Shown here: positions 9,722 through 19,433 of the stretch, in pieces
How positions within the stretch are numbered: position 1 is the first letter of the stretch
Layout: every line of letters begins with the position of its first letter
NCBI GenBank assembly: GCA_039798745.1
Contig: JBDKFK010000004.1
Location: forward strand, 21,178-85,177
Direction of reading: 5' to 3'
DNA length: 64,000 nucleotides
From: Candidatus Parcubacteria bacterium
GTDB lineage: Bacteria > Patescibacteriota > Microgenomatia > UBA1406 > GWC2-37-13
Notes under the pieces: generated by a model
Databases searched by the model: none
What the model was told of the DNA's origin: nothing
The model's input: only the letters and a program-made list of their open reading frames with translations
Program-made: the position numbers and the translations under genes

Positions 9722-11083
9722 ATGGAAGAGATAGTATCACTGGCAAAGCGGAGAGGATTTTTCTTCCCATCATCGGAAATATATGGAGGGATGGCAAATA
9801 CCTGGGATTTTGGGCATTACGGCACCCTTTTGAAGAATAACCTTCGTGATCTATGGTGGAAGCGCTTCGTCCTGCAACGCGATAATATGGTTGGAATTGA
9901 CGCAAGCATATTTTTAAATCCTAAAGTCTGGGAAGCGTCGGGTCACGTGGCTGGTTTTACTGACGCGATGGTTGATTGCCGTAACTGTCATAACAGGACC
10001 CGGGCAGATCATCTTATTGAAGATCGCATTAAGGGAATGAAGGTGGAGGGTCTGCCGGTGGAGAAGCTCACCGAGATAATACGGGAACATAAGCTTACCT
10101 GCCCCAAATGTGGCTCAGCAGATTTCACCGATGTGCGGACATTTAACCTTCTCTTTCAGACACATATTGGCATAGTTGAAGAGAAAAAATCACTCGCGTA
10201 TCTACGAGGGGAAATCGCGCAAGGAATTTTCCTTAATTTTAAGAATACACTTAACTCAATGCGAGTACGCGTACCCTTTGGAATAGCTCAGCAGGGTAAA
10301 GCCTTCAGAAACGAAATAACCATGGGACAGTCTGTATTCCGCACTCTGGAATTTGATTTAATGGAGTTTGAATACTTTATACATCCCTCTACATGGGAAG
10401 AGACCTTTGAATACTGGAGTCGCGAAATGTGGCAGTTTGCAGTTGACCTGGGTATTGATGAAAAGAATCTCCGGTGGAGAGAACACGAAGAATTTGAGCG
10501 TTCTCATTATTCAAAACGTACTAAGGATATAGAATATAAGTTTTCTTTTGGATGGAAAGAAATGTGGGGACTCGCGTACAGAACTGATTTTGATCTTAGT
10601 AATCACGCAAAGAACTCGGGTAAAGATCTTACATATACCGACCCAAAGTCAGGAGAAAAGTATATCCCACACGTAATCGAACCGACCTTTGGTTTATCAC
10701 GTCTCACAGGAATAATCCTTAATGATGCGTATAGAGAAGAAGAAGTGAATGGTAAGCCACGCATATTCCTAAAACTGGCTCCGCATATAGCACCTATTAA
10801 AGTAGCCGTATTTCCTCTTCAGAAAGATGAAAAATTAGGTATTATCGCAAAGTCGCACTATGATTTGCTTAAAAAACATATGACTGCAGAGTTTGACGAC
10901 AATGGCAATATAGGTAAGATGTATCGCCGACAGGACGAAATAGGGACTCCATTTTGTGTAACCATAGATTATCAAACAGTTGAAGATGGCTCTGTAACGA
11001 TACGAGAGAGAGATACAATGAAGCAAGATAGAATTTCGGGAGAAACTCTATTACAATTTATAAGTGAAAGGGTGACGTTATAA
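9722..11083 (+). CDS. glyQS: Glycine--tRNA ligase (alpha2 type)
   Basis: LAKRRGFFFPSSEIYGGMANTWDFGHYG, FRNEITMGQSVFRTLEF and the C-terminal anticodon-binding region GKMYRRQDEIGTPFCVTID. Confidence 0.95.
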   Translation: MEEIVSLAKRRGFFFPSSEIYGGMANTWDFGHYGTLLKNNLRDLWWKRFVLQRDNMVGIDASIFLNPKVWEASGHVAGFTDAMVDCRNCHNRTRADHLIEDRIKGMKVEGLPVEKLTEIIREHKLTCPKCGSADFTDVRTFNLLFQTHIGIVEEKKSLAYLRGEIAQGIFLNFKNTLNSMRVRVPFGIAQQGKAFRNEITMGQSVFRTLEFDLMEFEYFIHPSTWEETFEYWSREMWQFAVDLGIDEKNLRWREHEEFERSHYSKRTKDIEYKFSFGWKEMWGLAYRTDFDLSNHAKNSGKDLTYTDPKSGEKYIPHVIEPTFGLSRLTGIILNDAYREEEVNGKPRIFLKLAPHIAPIKVAVFPLQKDEKLGIIAKSHYDLLKKHMTAEFDDNGNIGKMYRRQDEIGTPFCVTIDYQTVEDGSVTIRERDTMKQDRISGETLLQFISERVTL

Positions 11084-11095
11084 TTTACATTCATT

Positions 11096-11590
11096 ATGGA
11101 TAATACTGTCGCTCAGAAAAAATCGGGAAACACGCATCTTATTATCATCGGTGTGGCAATTGTGGTACTGGTGGGTATTGGTTTTATTATGATGAACGGA
11201 TCCAAGAAAACAGCTCAGCAATCACCTACAAAGAAATTAGATAATACCGAACTCATCCCCACTGTGGATGCCTCTGTTAAGGTTGATATAAAGCCTACAA
11301 ACGGGAGCAAGGAACTCGTTATCAGCGTAAAGAGTATGCCCAATGGCACAGAAACAGTTGATTACGAACTATCATACCAGACTGAGGGACAGGGACTTCA
11401 GGGTATCATAGGCACAGTAACGCCTAAAGAAGATGCCTCTAGTTTTACAGAATTTGAGAAGAAAGTAACGTTGGGCACATGTTCGTCAGGAACGTGCGTC
11501 TATCATAAGATCACCGGACCGATAAAAGTAAGTCTAAAGTTTGGAGGCTCTTATGGAGAGCGTCTGTATGAGAAAGACTATACATTATAG
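11096..11590 (+). CDS. Hypothetical membrane-anchored protein
   Basis: 164-aa ORF with one N-terminal TM helix (LIIIGVAIVVLVGIGFIMM). No motif recognised. Confidence 0.45.
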   Translation: MDNTVAQKKSGNTHLIIIGVAIVVLVGIGFIMMNGSKKTAQQSPTKKLDNTELIPTVDASVKVDIKPTNGSKELVISVKSMPNGTETVDYELSYQTEGQGLQGIIGTVTPKEDASSFTEFEKKVTLGTCSSGTCVYHKITGPIKVSLKFGGSYGERLYEKDYTL

Positions 11591-11681
11591 TTAAGAATTT
11601 CTACGTAAGCTAACTGCTACGTTTATATATTCGAAATTATTATATATTAAATGGTAAATAAGGGGAAAGGAGGTGTGTAAT

Positions 11682-11918
11682 ATGCCAAACATTAAATCAG
11701 CAAAGAAAAAAATGAGACAGGATGTGAAAAGAGAGACTGCAAATACGACCTATAGGAAATCGGTAAAACAATCTGTCAAAAATTTGAGTAAAATCAAAAC
11801 AGGCAAGTCTAAGGAGGAATTAAGTAAAGCTTATTCCGTTATTGATAAAGCCGTGAAACGGAAAGTACTGCACAAGAACAAGGCAGCTAGACTTAAAAGC
11901 CGAATTAGCAAGTCATAA
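11682..11918 (+). CDS. rpsT: 30S ribosomal protein S20
   Basis: MPNIKSAKKKMRQDVKR...NKAARLKSR. A strong SD (GGAAAGGAGGTG) precedes the ATG at 11682. Confidence 0.9.
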   Translation: MPNIKSAKKKMRQDVKRETANTTYRKSVKQSVKNLSKIKTGKSKEELSKAYSVIDKAVKRKVLHKNKAARLKSRISKS

Positions 11919-11926
11919 TTAAGAAG

Positions 11927-12481
11927 ATGAGATATCAAATCAATCTATTTCCACCTAAGGAACAGACGATTGTAGATAAAATAATTTACTTCTCATTTCA
12001 TCACTTGCGTTATATCCTCGTTATAACCCAACTAGTAATCATTGGGGTGTTCTTTTATCGCTTTAAAATCGATCAGGAGATTGTGGATCTGAAAGATAGT
12101 CTTAAACAGAAGGAAGAAATAATTACGGTTTCCAGCCCCCTTATACGTGATGTCCGGCTTATAGATACTCGATCTAATGCTATTAACTCCATATTGACAG
12201 AACAAATTGGAATCAATAGTATGTTGACATACATTCTAAGCCGCTTTCCCAAGGATCTTTCTCTTAATAAGATGGACATATCAAATAAAGGGGTAAGGTT
12301 TGAAGGCGTAACTTTCCGACCACACACGGTTCAATTGTTCTATAATCAGTTAAAGAGTGATAGTAAGTTCGGCATCATTAAGCTTGATACGTTGCGCAAG
12401 ACCGATGTCGGCTTTCAGTTTTCGTTCACTCTCACCAATTACGTTGCTCTAAAAAATGAACCGATCAAAAATCGTCGATAA
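11927..12481 (+). CDS. PilN-like type IV pilus assembly protein
   Basis: The N-terminal QINLFP motif (PilN INLLP) is followed by a single TM helix and a coiled coil. Confidence 0.5.
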   Translation: MRYQINLFPPKEQTIVDKIIYFSFHHLRYILVITQLVIIGVFFYRFKIDQEIVDLKDSLKQKEEIITVSSPLIRDVRLIDTRSNAINSILTEQIGINSMLTYILSRFPKDLSLNKMDISNKGVRFEGVTFRPHTVQLFYNQLKSDSKFGIIKLDTLRKTDVGFQFSFTLTNYVALKNEPIKNRR

Positions 12482-13052
12482 TCTGACTAATAAAAGGGTA
12501 AAAGACTATAGTTTTACTATAGCGTTTTTTCTTATATTCTCATTCTTTATCCTTTTCGCTATACGGCCTAATCTGGTTACGGTTTTTAGCCTCCAAAAAG
12601 AGCTGAATGACCTTCGTGTCCTGGACAACAACTACGAGAACGCTATTTTGAATATCGTACAACTTCAATCAATGGTTGAGGCTAATCGCAATAATCTTTT
12701 TCTTCTGGATCAATCCTTGCCTCAGATACCTCAGGTTAACAAAGTTATTGATGATCTTAATAAAGCAGCCTCAGATTCTGGTGTCCTCATAAAGAAGGTA
12801 GATATAGGCGAAGTAAACCTTAAAGTTGACAAAAGTAGTCGCGATACAAAGACATTTGCTGTAGATATAGAAACGGAGTCTGATTTTACTCAGGTACGTC
12901 GTTTTATTGATGTGTTTATGTCTCAACGGCGATTGAAGACAATGACTAACTTGAGTATTATAAAAGAAGTAGGTGGGTTTGGAGATAGTTTTGGATCTAG
13001 CGAATCTGCAATTCTCAAAATAAAGTTAGAAGTAGACGGACATTATCTATGA
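12456..13052 (+). CDS. PilO-like membrane protein
   Basis: A TM helix plus a coiled coil (LQKELNDLRVLDNNYENAI), directly after the PilN-like gene with a 26-nt overlap. The call rests on architecture only. Confidence 0.4.
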   Translation: MNRSKIVDNLTNKRVKDYSFTIAFFLIFSFFILFAIRPNLVTVFSLQKELNDLRVLDNNYENAILNIVQLQSMVEANRNNLFLLDQSLPQIPQVNKVIDDLNKAASDSGVLIKKVDIGEVNLKVDKSSRDTKTFAVDIETESDFTQVRRFIDVFMSQRRLKTMTNLSIIKEVGGFGDSFGSSESAILKIKLEVDGHYL

Positions 13053-13234
13053 ACCAACGTGAATTACTGATCCTGTCCGTGGGTATTTTTCTGACGATAG
13101 TTGCATGGATGATTATTGATCTCTATCATGTAAAGACTAATAACTCCTTTGATACCGCACTCAGACCTGTAACTATTCCACACTATAGCATTAACAGTAA
13201 AGTATTTAATAGTTTAAACGAAATGTCGGAATAA
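13049..13234 (+). CDS. Small membrane protein
   Basis: 61 aa with one TM helix. It overlaps the upstream gene by 4 nt. Confidence 0.35.
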   Translation: MNQRELLILSVGIFLTIVAWMIIDLYHVKTNNSFDTALRPVTIPHYSINSKVFNSLNEMSE

Positions 13235-13252
13235 TGATTTTGTACCGTACGT

Positions 13253-14584
13253 ATGTATAGTGATTTGTATTTTCGTCCTAAAAGACAGACTTCTGTTGTT
13301 CTTATTGTAATGGCCGCGGCTGCGGTTTCTCTTTTTGTGTTCTTCTTAAGCATGGGACCCACGAGTATTCCAACACGAGCTTCAAAGAAAACATTGGGGC
13401 GTCATGATGTAGTAAATTATTCAGCCCATCAAATAGGTGTTTTCTGGAAAACAGAAAAAGCCGAGGTGGGTTGGATCGCCTACGGAACAACGCCTCAGAA
13501 CCTAAATCAGATAGCTCTAGATGAACGCGATGTTGAGGCAAAAAAAAATACGGTAATGAACCATTTTGTGCTTCTGAAAAATCTAACGGAAAATACTACG
13601 TACTACTATAAAATAGTTACAAATGATGGACTTATTGGGCAAGGATCTGCGGCTCAGGCCTTTAGTTTTAAAACACTGCCTAACATAAGCAATCCATCAT
13701 CTGCAAAGCCTGCGTATGGCAAAGTGGTTCTGCCAAATGGTCAACCCGCTCAGGAATCGTTCGTAATTATTACAAAAGATGATACCTATCCACTTGTTAC
13801 AATGACTAAAATTACCGGAGAGTGGCTTATACCGCTTCAGTATGGTATTCAAAAGAGCACAGGTAAGGTAATAAGTTTTCAGCCGAGTGATGCTGTTTCT
13901 ATAGAAATAGTTGCAGATAATCAGGTCTCGGCACAGATAGACGCGATCATTAAAAATACGACACCGTTACCTCAGACTGTAGTGATGGGAAGGAATTACA
14001 CATTCATGAGTGATAGTAATGTACTGCCGGCATCTACGAGTGTAAACGGGACAGGCTCTAAACATACGGTAAGTGTGTTGTATCCAAAGGAAGGAGCGGT
14101 TGTACCGGGTTTCCGACCTCTGATTAAAGGCACGGCTGTTCCGGGAAAACAGGTGAAAATAAGTATTAACTCCAACCCTGGCTATGTATTTCAGCTTACT
14201 GCAGACGCAAAAGGAGAGTGGAATATATCATCGCCTATAACTATAGGAGCCGGTTCCTATATAATTACTTTGAAGACCATAGACGATTTTAACAGAGATG
14301 TTACATTGACAAGGAGATTTGTTATAGGCAAAAGTGGTGAGGCAGTTCTGGGTGATGCAACACCGTCGGGTACGATTACCACAACTCCTGAGATCAGTCC
14401 ATCGGTAACACCCGGAGGAACTACGGTAACGATAGAGCCGTCAGCTACAGAAACGCCAACAGCAAGCGTATCCGGGTCACTCTCACCAACGCCTACTCTT
14501 GTTGCAGGATTCAACAGTAATTTATTCCTCTATGGTAGCGCGGCTCTTATTATAATTGGTGCTGGAGTCATGTTTATATTCTGA
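13253..14584 (+). CDS. Surface protein with FN3-like and Ig-like domains and a C-terminal TM anchor
   Basis: It has an N-terminal TM helix. A VFWKTEKAEVGWIAYGT...TTYYYKIV segment looks FN3/PAP-N-like. A PGKQVKISINS...AKGEWNISSPI segment looks Ig-like. A Thr/Pro/Ser linker leads to a hydrophobic tail (AGFNSNLFLYGSAALIIIGAGVMFIF). Confidence 0.5.
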   Translation: MYSDLYFRPKRQTSVVLIVMAAAAVSLFVFFLSMGPTSIPTRASKKTLGRHDVVNYSAHQIGVFWKTEKAEVGWIAYGTTPQNLNQIALDERDVEAKKNTVMNHFVLLKNLTENTTYYYKIVTNDGLIGQGSAAQAFSFKTLPNISNPSSAKPAYGKVVLPNGQPAQESFVIITKDDTYPLVTMTKITGEWLIPLQYGIQKSTGKVISFQPSDAVSIEIVADNQVSAQIDAIIKNTTPLPQTVVMGRNYTFMSDSNVLPASTSVNGTGSKHTVSVLYPKEGAVVPGFRPLIKGTAVPGKQVKISINSNPGYVFQLTADAKGEWNISSPITIGAGSYIITLKTIDDFNRDVTLTRRFVIGKSGEAVLGDATPSGTITTTPEISPSVTPGGTTVTIEPSATETPTASVSGSLSPTPTLVAGFNSNLFLYGSAALIIIGAGVMFIF

Positions 14585-14585
14585 T

Positions 14586-15233
14586 ATGGACTTATTTGGT
14601 TACTTATCATCGATAAATAAAATAAGCATACTAGCGTTTATTGCCACGCTGGGATACCTTATTTATGAGGTAAGACTGCTTAAGAAGGAAAAACAAAAAA
14701 ATGTTAAGCCGGTTATCCCTCAATTTGACCAGGCAGCTACGCCTATCCCGATCGAAACACAGCAGATAGTTACTGACGAGATTGCTTCAAAGAAAAGTAA
14801 TTATCATAAGATTATGCTTACCGTACTTGTTGTAATGCTCGGATTTTTTGGTCTCACAACGATTCTTGGTTTTATAAATGCAGGCAAGGAAAAGGATAAT
14901 ACTGCCGCCAAGTCACAGGTAGTTGTTCAGGAAGTAAGATCGCAGGGTATTAAGGTATATGATTCTAAATGGGCTGAATTTAAGGATGACACGGTAACAG
15001 CAATCAATCCGGGAGATATTCTTTATATTGGTGTGTCTAATATACGTGGTACCGATGTAGATAAGGCGCGTATACGAGTTAATAAGGGACAGTGGACTCC
15101 GGAAACGATCACTGAAAAATATGATCAGCCACATAATGTATATTATGTGGAACATACCGTTGGTACAGGTGAGGCACAGTTGCAAATTGAGGCACAGCTG
15201 CACTCAAAGACTGATGGATGGCTGAGCGAATAA
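14586..15233 (+). CDS. Hypothetical membrane protein
   Basis: The ATG at 14586 comes right after the upstream stop (14582-14584). Two TM helices; no motif recognised. Confidence 0.45.
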   Translation: MDLFGYLSSINKISILAFIATLGYLIYEVRLLKKEKQKNVKPVIPQFDQAATPIPIETQQIVTDEIASKKSNYHKIMLTVLVVMLGFFGLTTILGFINAGKEKDNTAAKSQVVVQEVRSQGIKVYDSKWAEFKDDTVTAINPGDILYIGVSNIRGTDVDKARIRVNKGQWTPETITEKYDQPHNVYYVEHTVGTGEAQLQIEAQLHSKTDGWLSE

Positions 15234-15234
15234 T

Positions 15235-15837
15235 ATGGTAAGTACAAAAATGTTTATACAACGTTTGAAAAATTTGGATCGCAAGAAGTCATCGACCTAT
15301 ATAATCCTGGGATCCATACTATTACTGGTACTTATAATTATGAGCTTTAGCATGTTGCTGAGAGGCGACTCTGCATCAACCCCGCTCATTACCACTAAGC
15401 TGCGGGCTGCACTGTTGACATATAAACGGACGATAATCATTAAGGGCGCTACACCCACACCAATAGGTTCAGGAGGTTTGCCGGGAGAAGTGGGGGAGCT
15501 TACTCCGACGGGTCAGAAAACATTGCCGACAAGTATTCCTCTTGCTACCCGCACACCGGACTCAGCGACAAACGCACCCTCAGCGGGTAATGTAACTCCC
15601 ACTGACACTGTTATATTTGATGAAAATAATCCTGAAGATTCAGTAGCCCTGGAAGATCCCACAGAAACTCCGGCTGATTTGTTGGCTGAAGCGGCGACAG
15701 AAACTCCCGCAGAAGAAATAACAGAAGAAGAAAGTCCGACACAGGCAGCTACATTACCCGAGACAGGCTCAGTTCAGTATCCGATCATTTTGTTTATCAG
15801 TGCTACTGTGTTCTTATTTATCTCGTTCCTCTTTTAA
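15235..15837 (+). CDS. LPXTG-type cell-surface protein (candidate sortase substrate)
   Basis: It has an N-terminal signal/anchor and a Pro/Thr/Glu-rich low-complexity region. The C-terminus ATLPETGSVQYPIILFISATVFLFISFLF is LPETG plus a hydrophobic tail. Confidence 0.6.
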   Translation: MVSTKMFIQRLKNLDRKKSSTYIILGSILLLVLIIMSFSMLLRGDSASTPLITTKLRAALLTYKRTIIIKGATPTPIGSGGLPGEVGELTPTGQKTLPTSIPLATRTPDSATNAPSAGNVTPTDTVIFDENNPEDSVALEDPTETPADLLAEAATETPAEEITEEESPTQAATLPETGSVQYPIILFISATVFLFISFLF

Positions 15838-16862
15838 TTGCGCGAACATGCATCGCCTGATGTATTAAGAAGACAATATACCAGCTCATGGAATGCATCC
15901 CAGTCATTATTAGGGGGAATGAGCACGTACTGGCCATTATAATCGACACTCGAAGGTACTTCAAAATAATCGGCCGGCAATGTCACATTTTTCAGTAAAA
16001 AGTTCTTTGCCGTTCCTATATCTTTCGTGATTATAGCAAGCTGCTGATTGTTTATATCCCGCTCTACGAGTTTATTAAGTATTTCATATAAGCCAGTTAG
16101 TTCATTCAGATTCCTTTTTTTTAGAATGGTCAGAATATTGTTTTTTATGGCTGTAATCACTAACTGTTGTCGTTTACTACGTGCAAAATCGCTTCCTTCA
16201 GAGCCTATGGCATGACGTGAACGTACAAAGATGAGCGCGGTTTCTCCATCCATTTTAGTTGGTCCTTTTTCAAAGGTAACTGTTTTATAGCGACATCTAT
16301 ACTCAGGATCGCCGTTACACTCGTCGTTTTCTTTTCCCTCAATAGGATATTCTTTGTCTGTAAATGCATGTTCTACCTGTACCTCAATCCCCCCCATATA
16401 GTCTATAAGATCATTGAAGGTGCGGAAGCTTATTACAACACCATACTCTATGGGAATTCCAAGGATTCCTCCAACTTCTGCTTTGGCCAGTTTAAGGCCG
16501 CCGTTTTTTTGTTTTGCTTCCCCTATGGCATATGCTGTATTTATTTTCTGTTTTAATGTACTACTCCATACATCTCGGGGTAAGCCAATCGTTGATAGTT
16601 TATTTGTTTCAAAGTCGTAATGTATTACCATTATCGAGTCTGAGAGGTTTGGTCCTTCATGGTCACCTCCGGCTATACCAAGCAGAAGAATATTTATTTT
16701 GTTATCGACTGTTTCAACGGTATTGCCAGGAAAGAACGTCTTCCATATGGAAATATCAAGAGTACGGGTGACGAAAGTATAATATGGTTTTACCGTAACG
16801 TAGATAGTGCCAATAAACAATATTACAAACGCGAGTATACCGATCTTAAATTTTGCGTTCAT
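15834..16862 (-). CDS. LytR-CpsA-Psr (LCP) family protein
   Basis: A TM helix, then NILLLGIAGGDHEGPNLSDSIMVIHYD...RDVW and FVRSRH motifs. I prefer the ATG at 16862 (MNAKFK...), because the longer ORF to 16940 would overlap tpiA. Confidence 0.8.
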   Translation of the reverse strand: MNAKFKIGILAFVILFIGTIYVTVKPYYTFVTRTLDISIWKTFFPGNTVETVDNKINILLLGIAGGDHEGPNLSDSIMVIHYDFETNKLSTIGLPRDVWSSTLKQKINTAYAIGEAKQKNGGLKLAKAEVGGILGIPIEYGVVISFRTFNDLIDYMGGIEVQVEHAFTDKEYPIEGKENDECNGDPEYRCRYKTVTFEKGPTKMDGETALIFVRSRHAIGSEGSDFARSKRQQLVITAIKNNILTILKKRNLNELTGLYEILNKLVERDINNQQLAIITKDIGTAKNFLLKNVTLPADYFEVPSSVDYNGQYVLIPPNNDWDAFHELVYCLLNTSGDACSRN

Positions 16863-16869
16863 ATGACGG

Positions 16870-17544
16870 TTATGCCTGAGTACTAATGGAGTAAAACGCG
16901 TCGGGATCAAGAGAAGCTGTACCAATAAGGAGGCCATCAATATCCGGATGTTGCAGATACTCAGCGCATGTATCTGGATTTACGCTTCCGCCGTATATAA
17001 ATACTTTAGGTTGTTTTATCCCCAGGGCATCTTTTACCTGAAGAACTAGCTGAGCAGACGCATTTTTACCGGTACCTATAGCTTCAACTGGTTCATAAGC
17101 TATGTACTGGGAAAGTTCATGGACTTTATCATTTATGCCTCTTATGCATTGAATAGGTTGAATAACATGTTTTGAAGCGTTCATTATTTTGGCTGCTATA
17201 TCGTCTTCTGATTCGTTATACCATGAGCGGCGTTCGCTGTGGCCGATGATAACATACCTGACCAGACCTGCCAATGTGTTGGCCGCTACTTCGCCGGTAT
17301 AGTTACCGCCATCATATCTTGATACATCCTGGGCTGCTATATATATATTTTTTGTCTGTGGAAGTGATTGTTTTACAATAGGGATGAGGGGAAACGGTGG
17401 AGCGATTATTATACATACTTTATTTTCCGCAAGTGAAGCTTGTAGTTTGTTTCCATTGGATAATTTTTCGGAGAATTTGTTGCACCAGTTTGTGGCGTCG
17501 TCAGAGGTGAAATGTGCTTTCCAGTTAGCAATAATATATTTCAT
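16870..17544 (-). CDS. tpiA: Triosephosphate isomerase
   Basis: IIANWKAH, IIGHSERR, AYEPVEAIGTGK and IYGGSV catalytic and loop motifs. Confidence 0.9.
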   Translation of the reverse strand: MKYIIANWKAHFTSDDATNWCNKFSEKLSNGNKLQASLAENKVCIIIAPPFPLIPIVKQSLPQTKNIYIAAQDVSRYDGGNYTGEVAANTLAGLVRYVIIGHSERRSWYNESEDDIAAKIMNASKHVIQPIQCIRGINDKVHELSQYIAYEPVEAIGTGKNASAQLVLQVKDALGIKQPKVFIYGGSVNPDTCAEYLQHPDIDGLLIGTASLDPDAFYSISTQA

Positions 17545-17568
17545 AGTTGTATTGTATCATTATAGTCT

Positions 17569-19371
17569 ATGGATAATACCATATTCAAACATTTAAATAC
17601 AAAACAGAAAGATGCAGTGCTTCATGCCGATGGACCGTCAATCATTCTTGCAGGAGCTGGTTCAGGCAAGACGAGGGTACTCATACATAAAGTATTGCAT
17701 CTCATCAATAACAACAAGGTCGCGCCTGACTCAATTCTCATGATTACGTTCACAAACAAGGCTGCAAATGAGATGAAGGAGCGCATTGCTCATGCGCTCG
17801 TTTCACAGAAATATAATGGCATAGGATACGTAGGAACCTTTCATTCTTTCTGTGCTATGGTTCTCCGTCGTCAGTCTCAACATTTGGGTATAGATAATAA
17901 ATTTTCTATATACGATGGAGATGACCAGTCTACCGTTATACGCAGAATTCTTAGAGATCTTGATATTAAAAAATTTACTCCTTCATATTTTCTTAACAGA
18001 ATTTCTTCTGCCAAAAATCAACTGATACCGCCCGAAAGATACCTGAGTATATTTGCCGACTACGGCGCTCCTCTGGCATCTCAGGTGTATGATCAGTACG
18101 AGAAAGATCTTCGTAAAAATAACGCCTTAGATTTTGATGACCTCATCATGAAGACAATCGAAATATTTATAAAAAACCAGCAGGTGCTCGATATGTATCA
18201 GGATAGATATCGGTATATCATGGTTGATGAGTTCCAGGATACAAATGTGGCACAGTACAATCTCGCCAGATTGTTGGGGTCAAAGTACAAAAACATTACG
18301 GTAGTAGGAGATTTTTCACAGAGTATATATTCATGGCGAGGCGCCGACATCAGAAATCTGGAGAAGTTCAATGAAGATTTCCCGGGAACAGCAACATACC
18401 ATTTAGAGCAGAATTACAGAAGTTCTCAGAAAATTCTTGACTTTGCGTATGACGTAATCTCCAAGAATCAGACACATCCTGTGCTTCATCTCTTCACAGA
18501 AAATGAATCAGGAAAAGACGTTATTATTAATCAGTCTGAAAATGAACAGGATGAAGCAATCTATGTAGTACGGGAGATAGAAAGTCTGAAGAATTCTTCC
18601 ACCCCTTTTTCTTCATTTGCAGTGCTGTATAGAACAAATGCGCAATCCCGTGTGTTGGAAGAAGCATTTCTCCACTACGGAATTCCCTATATGCTCATCG
18701 GAGGTACAAGATTTTATGAACGTAAGGAGATCAAAGATATTCTTTCATATCTAAGACTATTTATAAATCCAAACGATGAAATTGCCTCAGAAAGAATAAA
18801 GAAGCTGGGTAAGAGAAAATGGGATGCTTTCAGAGCACTGTATCAGGAAATAGGCCTCAGCGAAGCGTATAAGGATATAAGTACTGTGGAGATTATGGAA
18901 AAAATATTTGAGAAAACAGGTTATCTTGAAATGTACGATATCCATGATGAGGAAGATTATGCGCGGTTGGAAAATATAAAAGAACTTAAGTCAGTAGCTG
19001 TTAAGTTTTCTGACATAGTGACGTTTCTTGAGCAGGTGGCACTTGTTGAATCTGAATATTTTGAGGGGGAGAAAAAAGGCGGTGCACGGGAAGGGGTGCG
19101 ATTAATGACGCTCCATCAGGCCAAGGGCCTTGAGTTTCCTTTTGTATTTATTGTCGGACTTGAGGAAGGAATACTGCCGCACTCCCGATCCGTTGACGAT
19201 ATCTTCGAGCTTGAAGAGGAGAGACGTCTGTTTTATGTTGGTATCACGCGGGCAAGGGAAAAATTATATATTACCTTCACAAAGAGAAGATTTATCTTCG
19301 GGAGAAGAAATGAGGCAATGAGATCGCGTTTTTTGGGTCAGGAGGATAAAGATCCAACCGACATATGGTGA
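17569..19371 (+). CDS. UvrD/PcrA-type ATP-dependent DNA helicase (short, 600 aa)
   Basis: LNTKQKDAV...ILAGAGSGKTRVL (Walker A), MVDEFQDTN, VVGDFSQSIYSWRGA, LEQNYRS, TLHQAKGLEF and YVGITRAR. Confidence 0.9.
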   Translation: MDNTIFKHLNTKQKDAVLHADGPSIILAGAGSGKTRVLIHKVLHLINNNKVAPDSILMITFTNKAANEMKERIAHALVSQKYNGIGYVGTFHSFCAMVLRRQSQHLGIDNKFSIYDGDDQSTVIRRILRDLDIKKFTPSYFLNRISSAKNQLIPPERYLSIFADYGAPLASQVYDQYEKDLRKNNALDFDDLIMKTIEIFIKNQQVLDMYQDRYRYIMVDEFQDTNVAQYNLARLLGSKYKNITVVGDFSQSIYSWRGADIRNLEKFNEDFPGTATYHLEQNYRSSQKILDFAYDVISKNQTHPVLHLFTENESGKDVIINQSENEQDEAIYVVREIESLKNSSTPFSSFAVLYRTNAQSRVLEEAFLHYGIPYMLIGGTRFYERKEIKDILSYLRLFINPNDEIASERIKKLGKRKWDAFRALYQEIGLSEAYKDISTVEIMEKIFEKTGYLEMYDIHDEEDYARLENIKELKSVAVKFSDIVTFLEQVALVESEYFEGEKKGGAREGVRLMTLHQAKGLEFPFVFIVGLEEGILPHSRSVDDIFELEEERRLFYVGITRAREKLYITFTKRRFIFGRRNEAMRSRFLGQEDKDPTDIW

Positions 19372-19433
19372 TGCGTTATGCTATAAAAAAGAGTATACTC
19401 AATGTATTATATTTAAGTTAACTCTTTATCTGT

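Noticed and set aside
15834-16940. The long form of the LCP gene, starting at 16940
   Set aside because: It would overlap the 3' end of tpiA by 71 nt. The internal ATG at 16862 gives a normal short cytoplasmic N-terminus followed by the TM helix.
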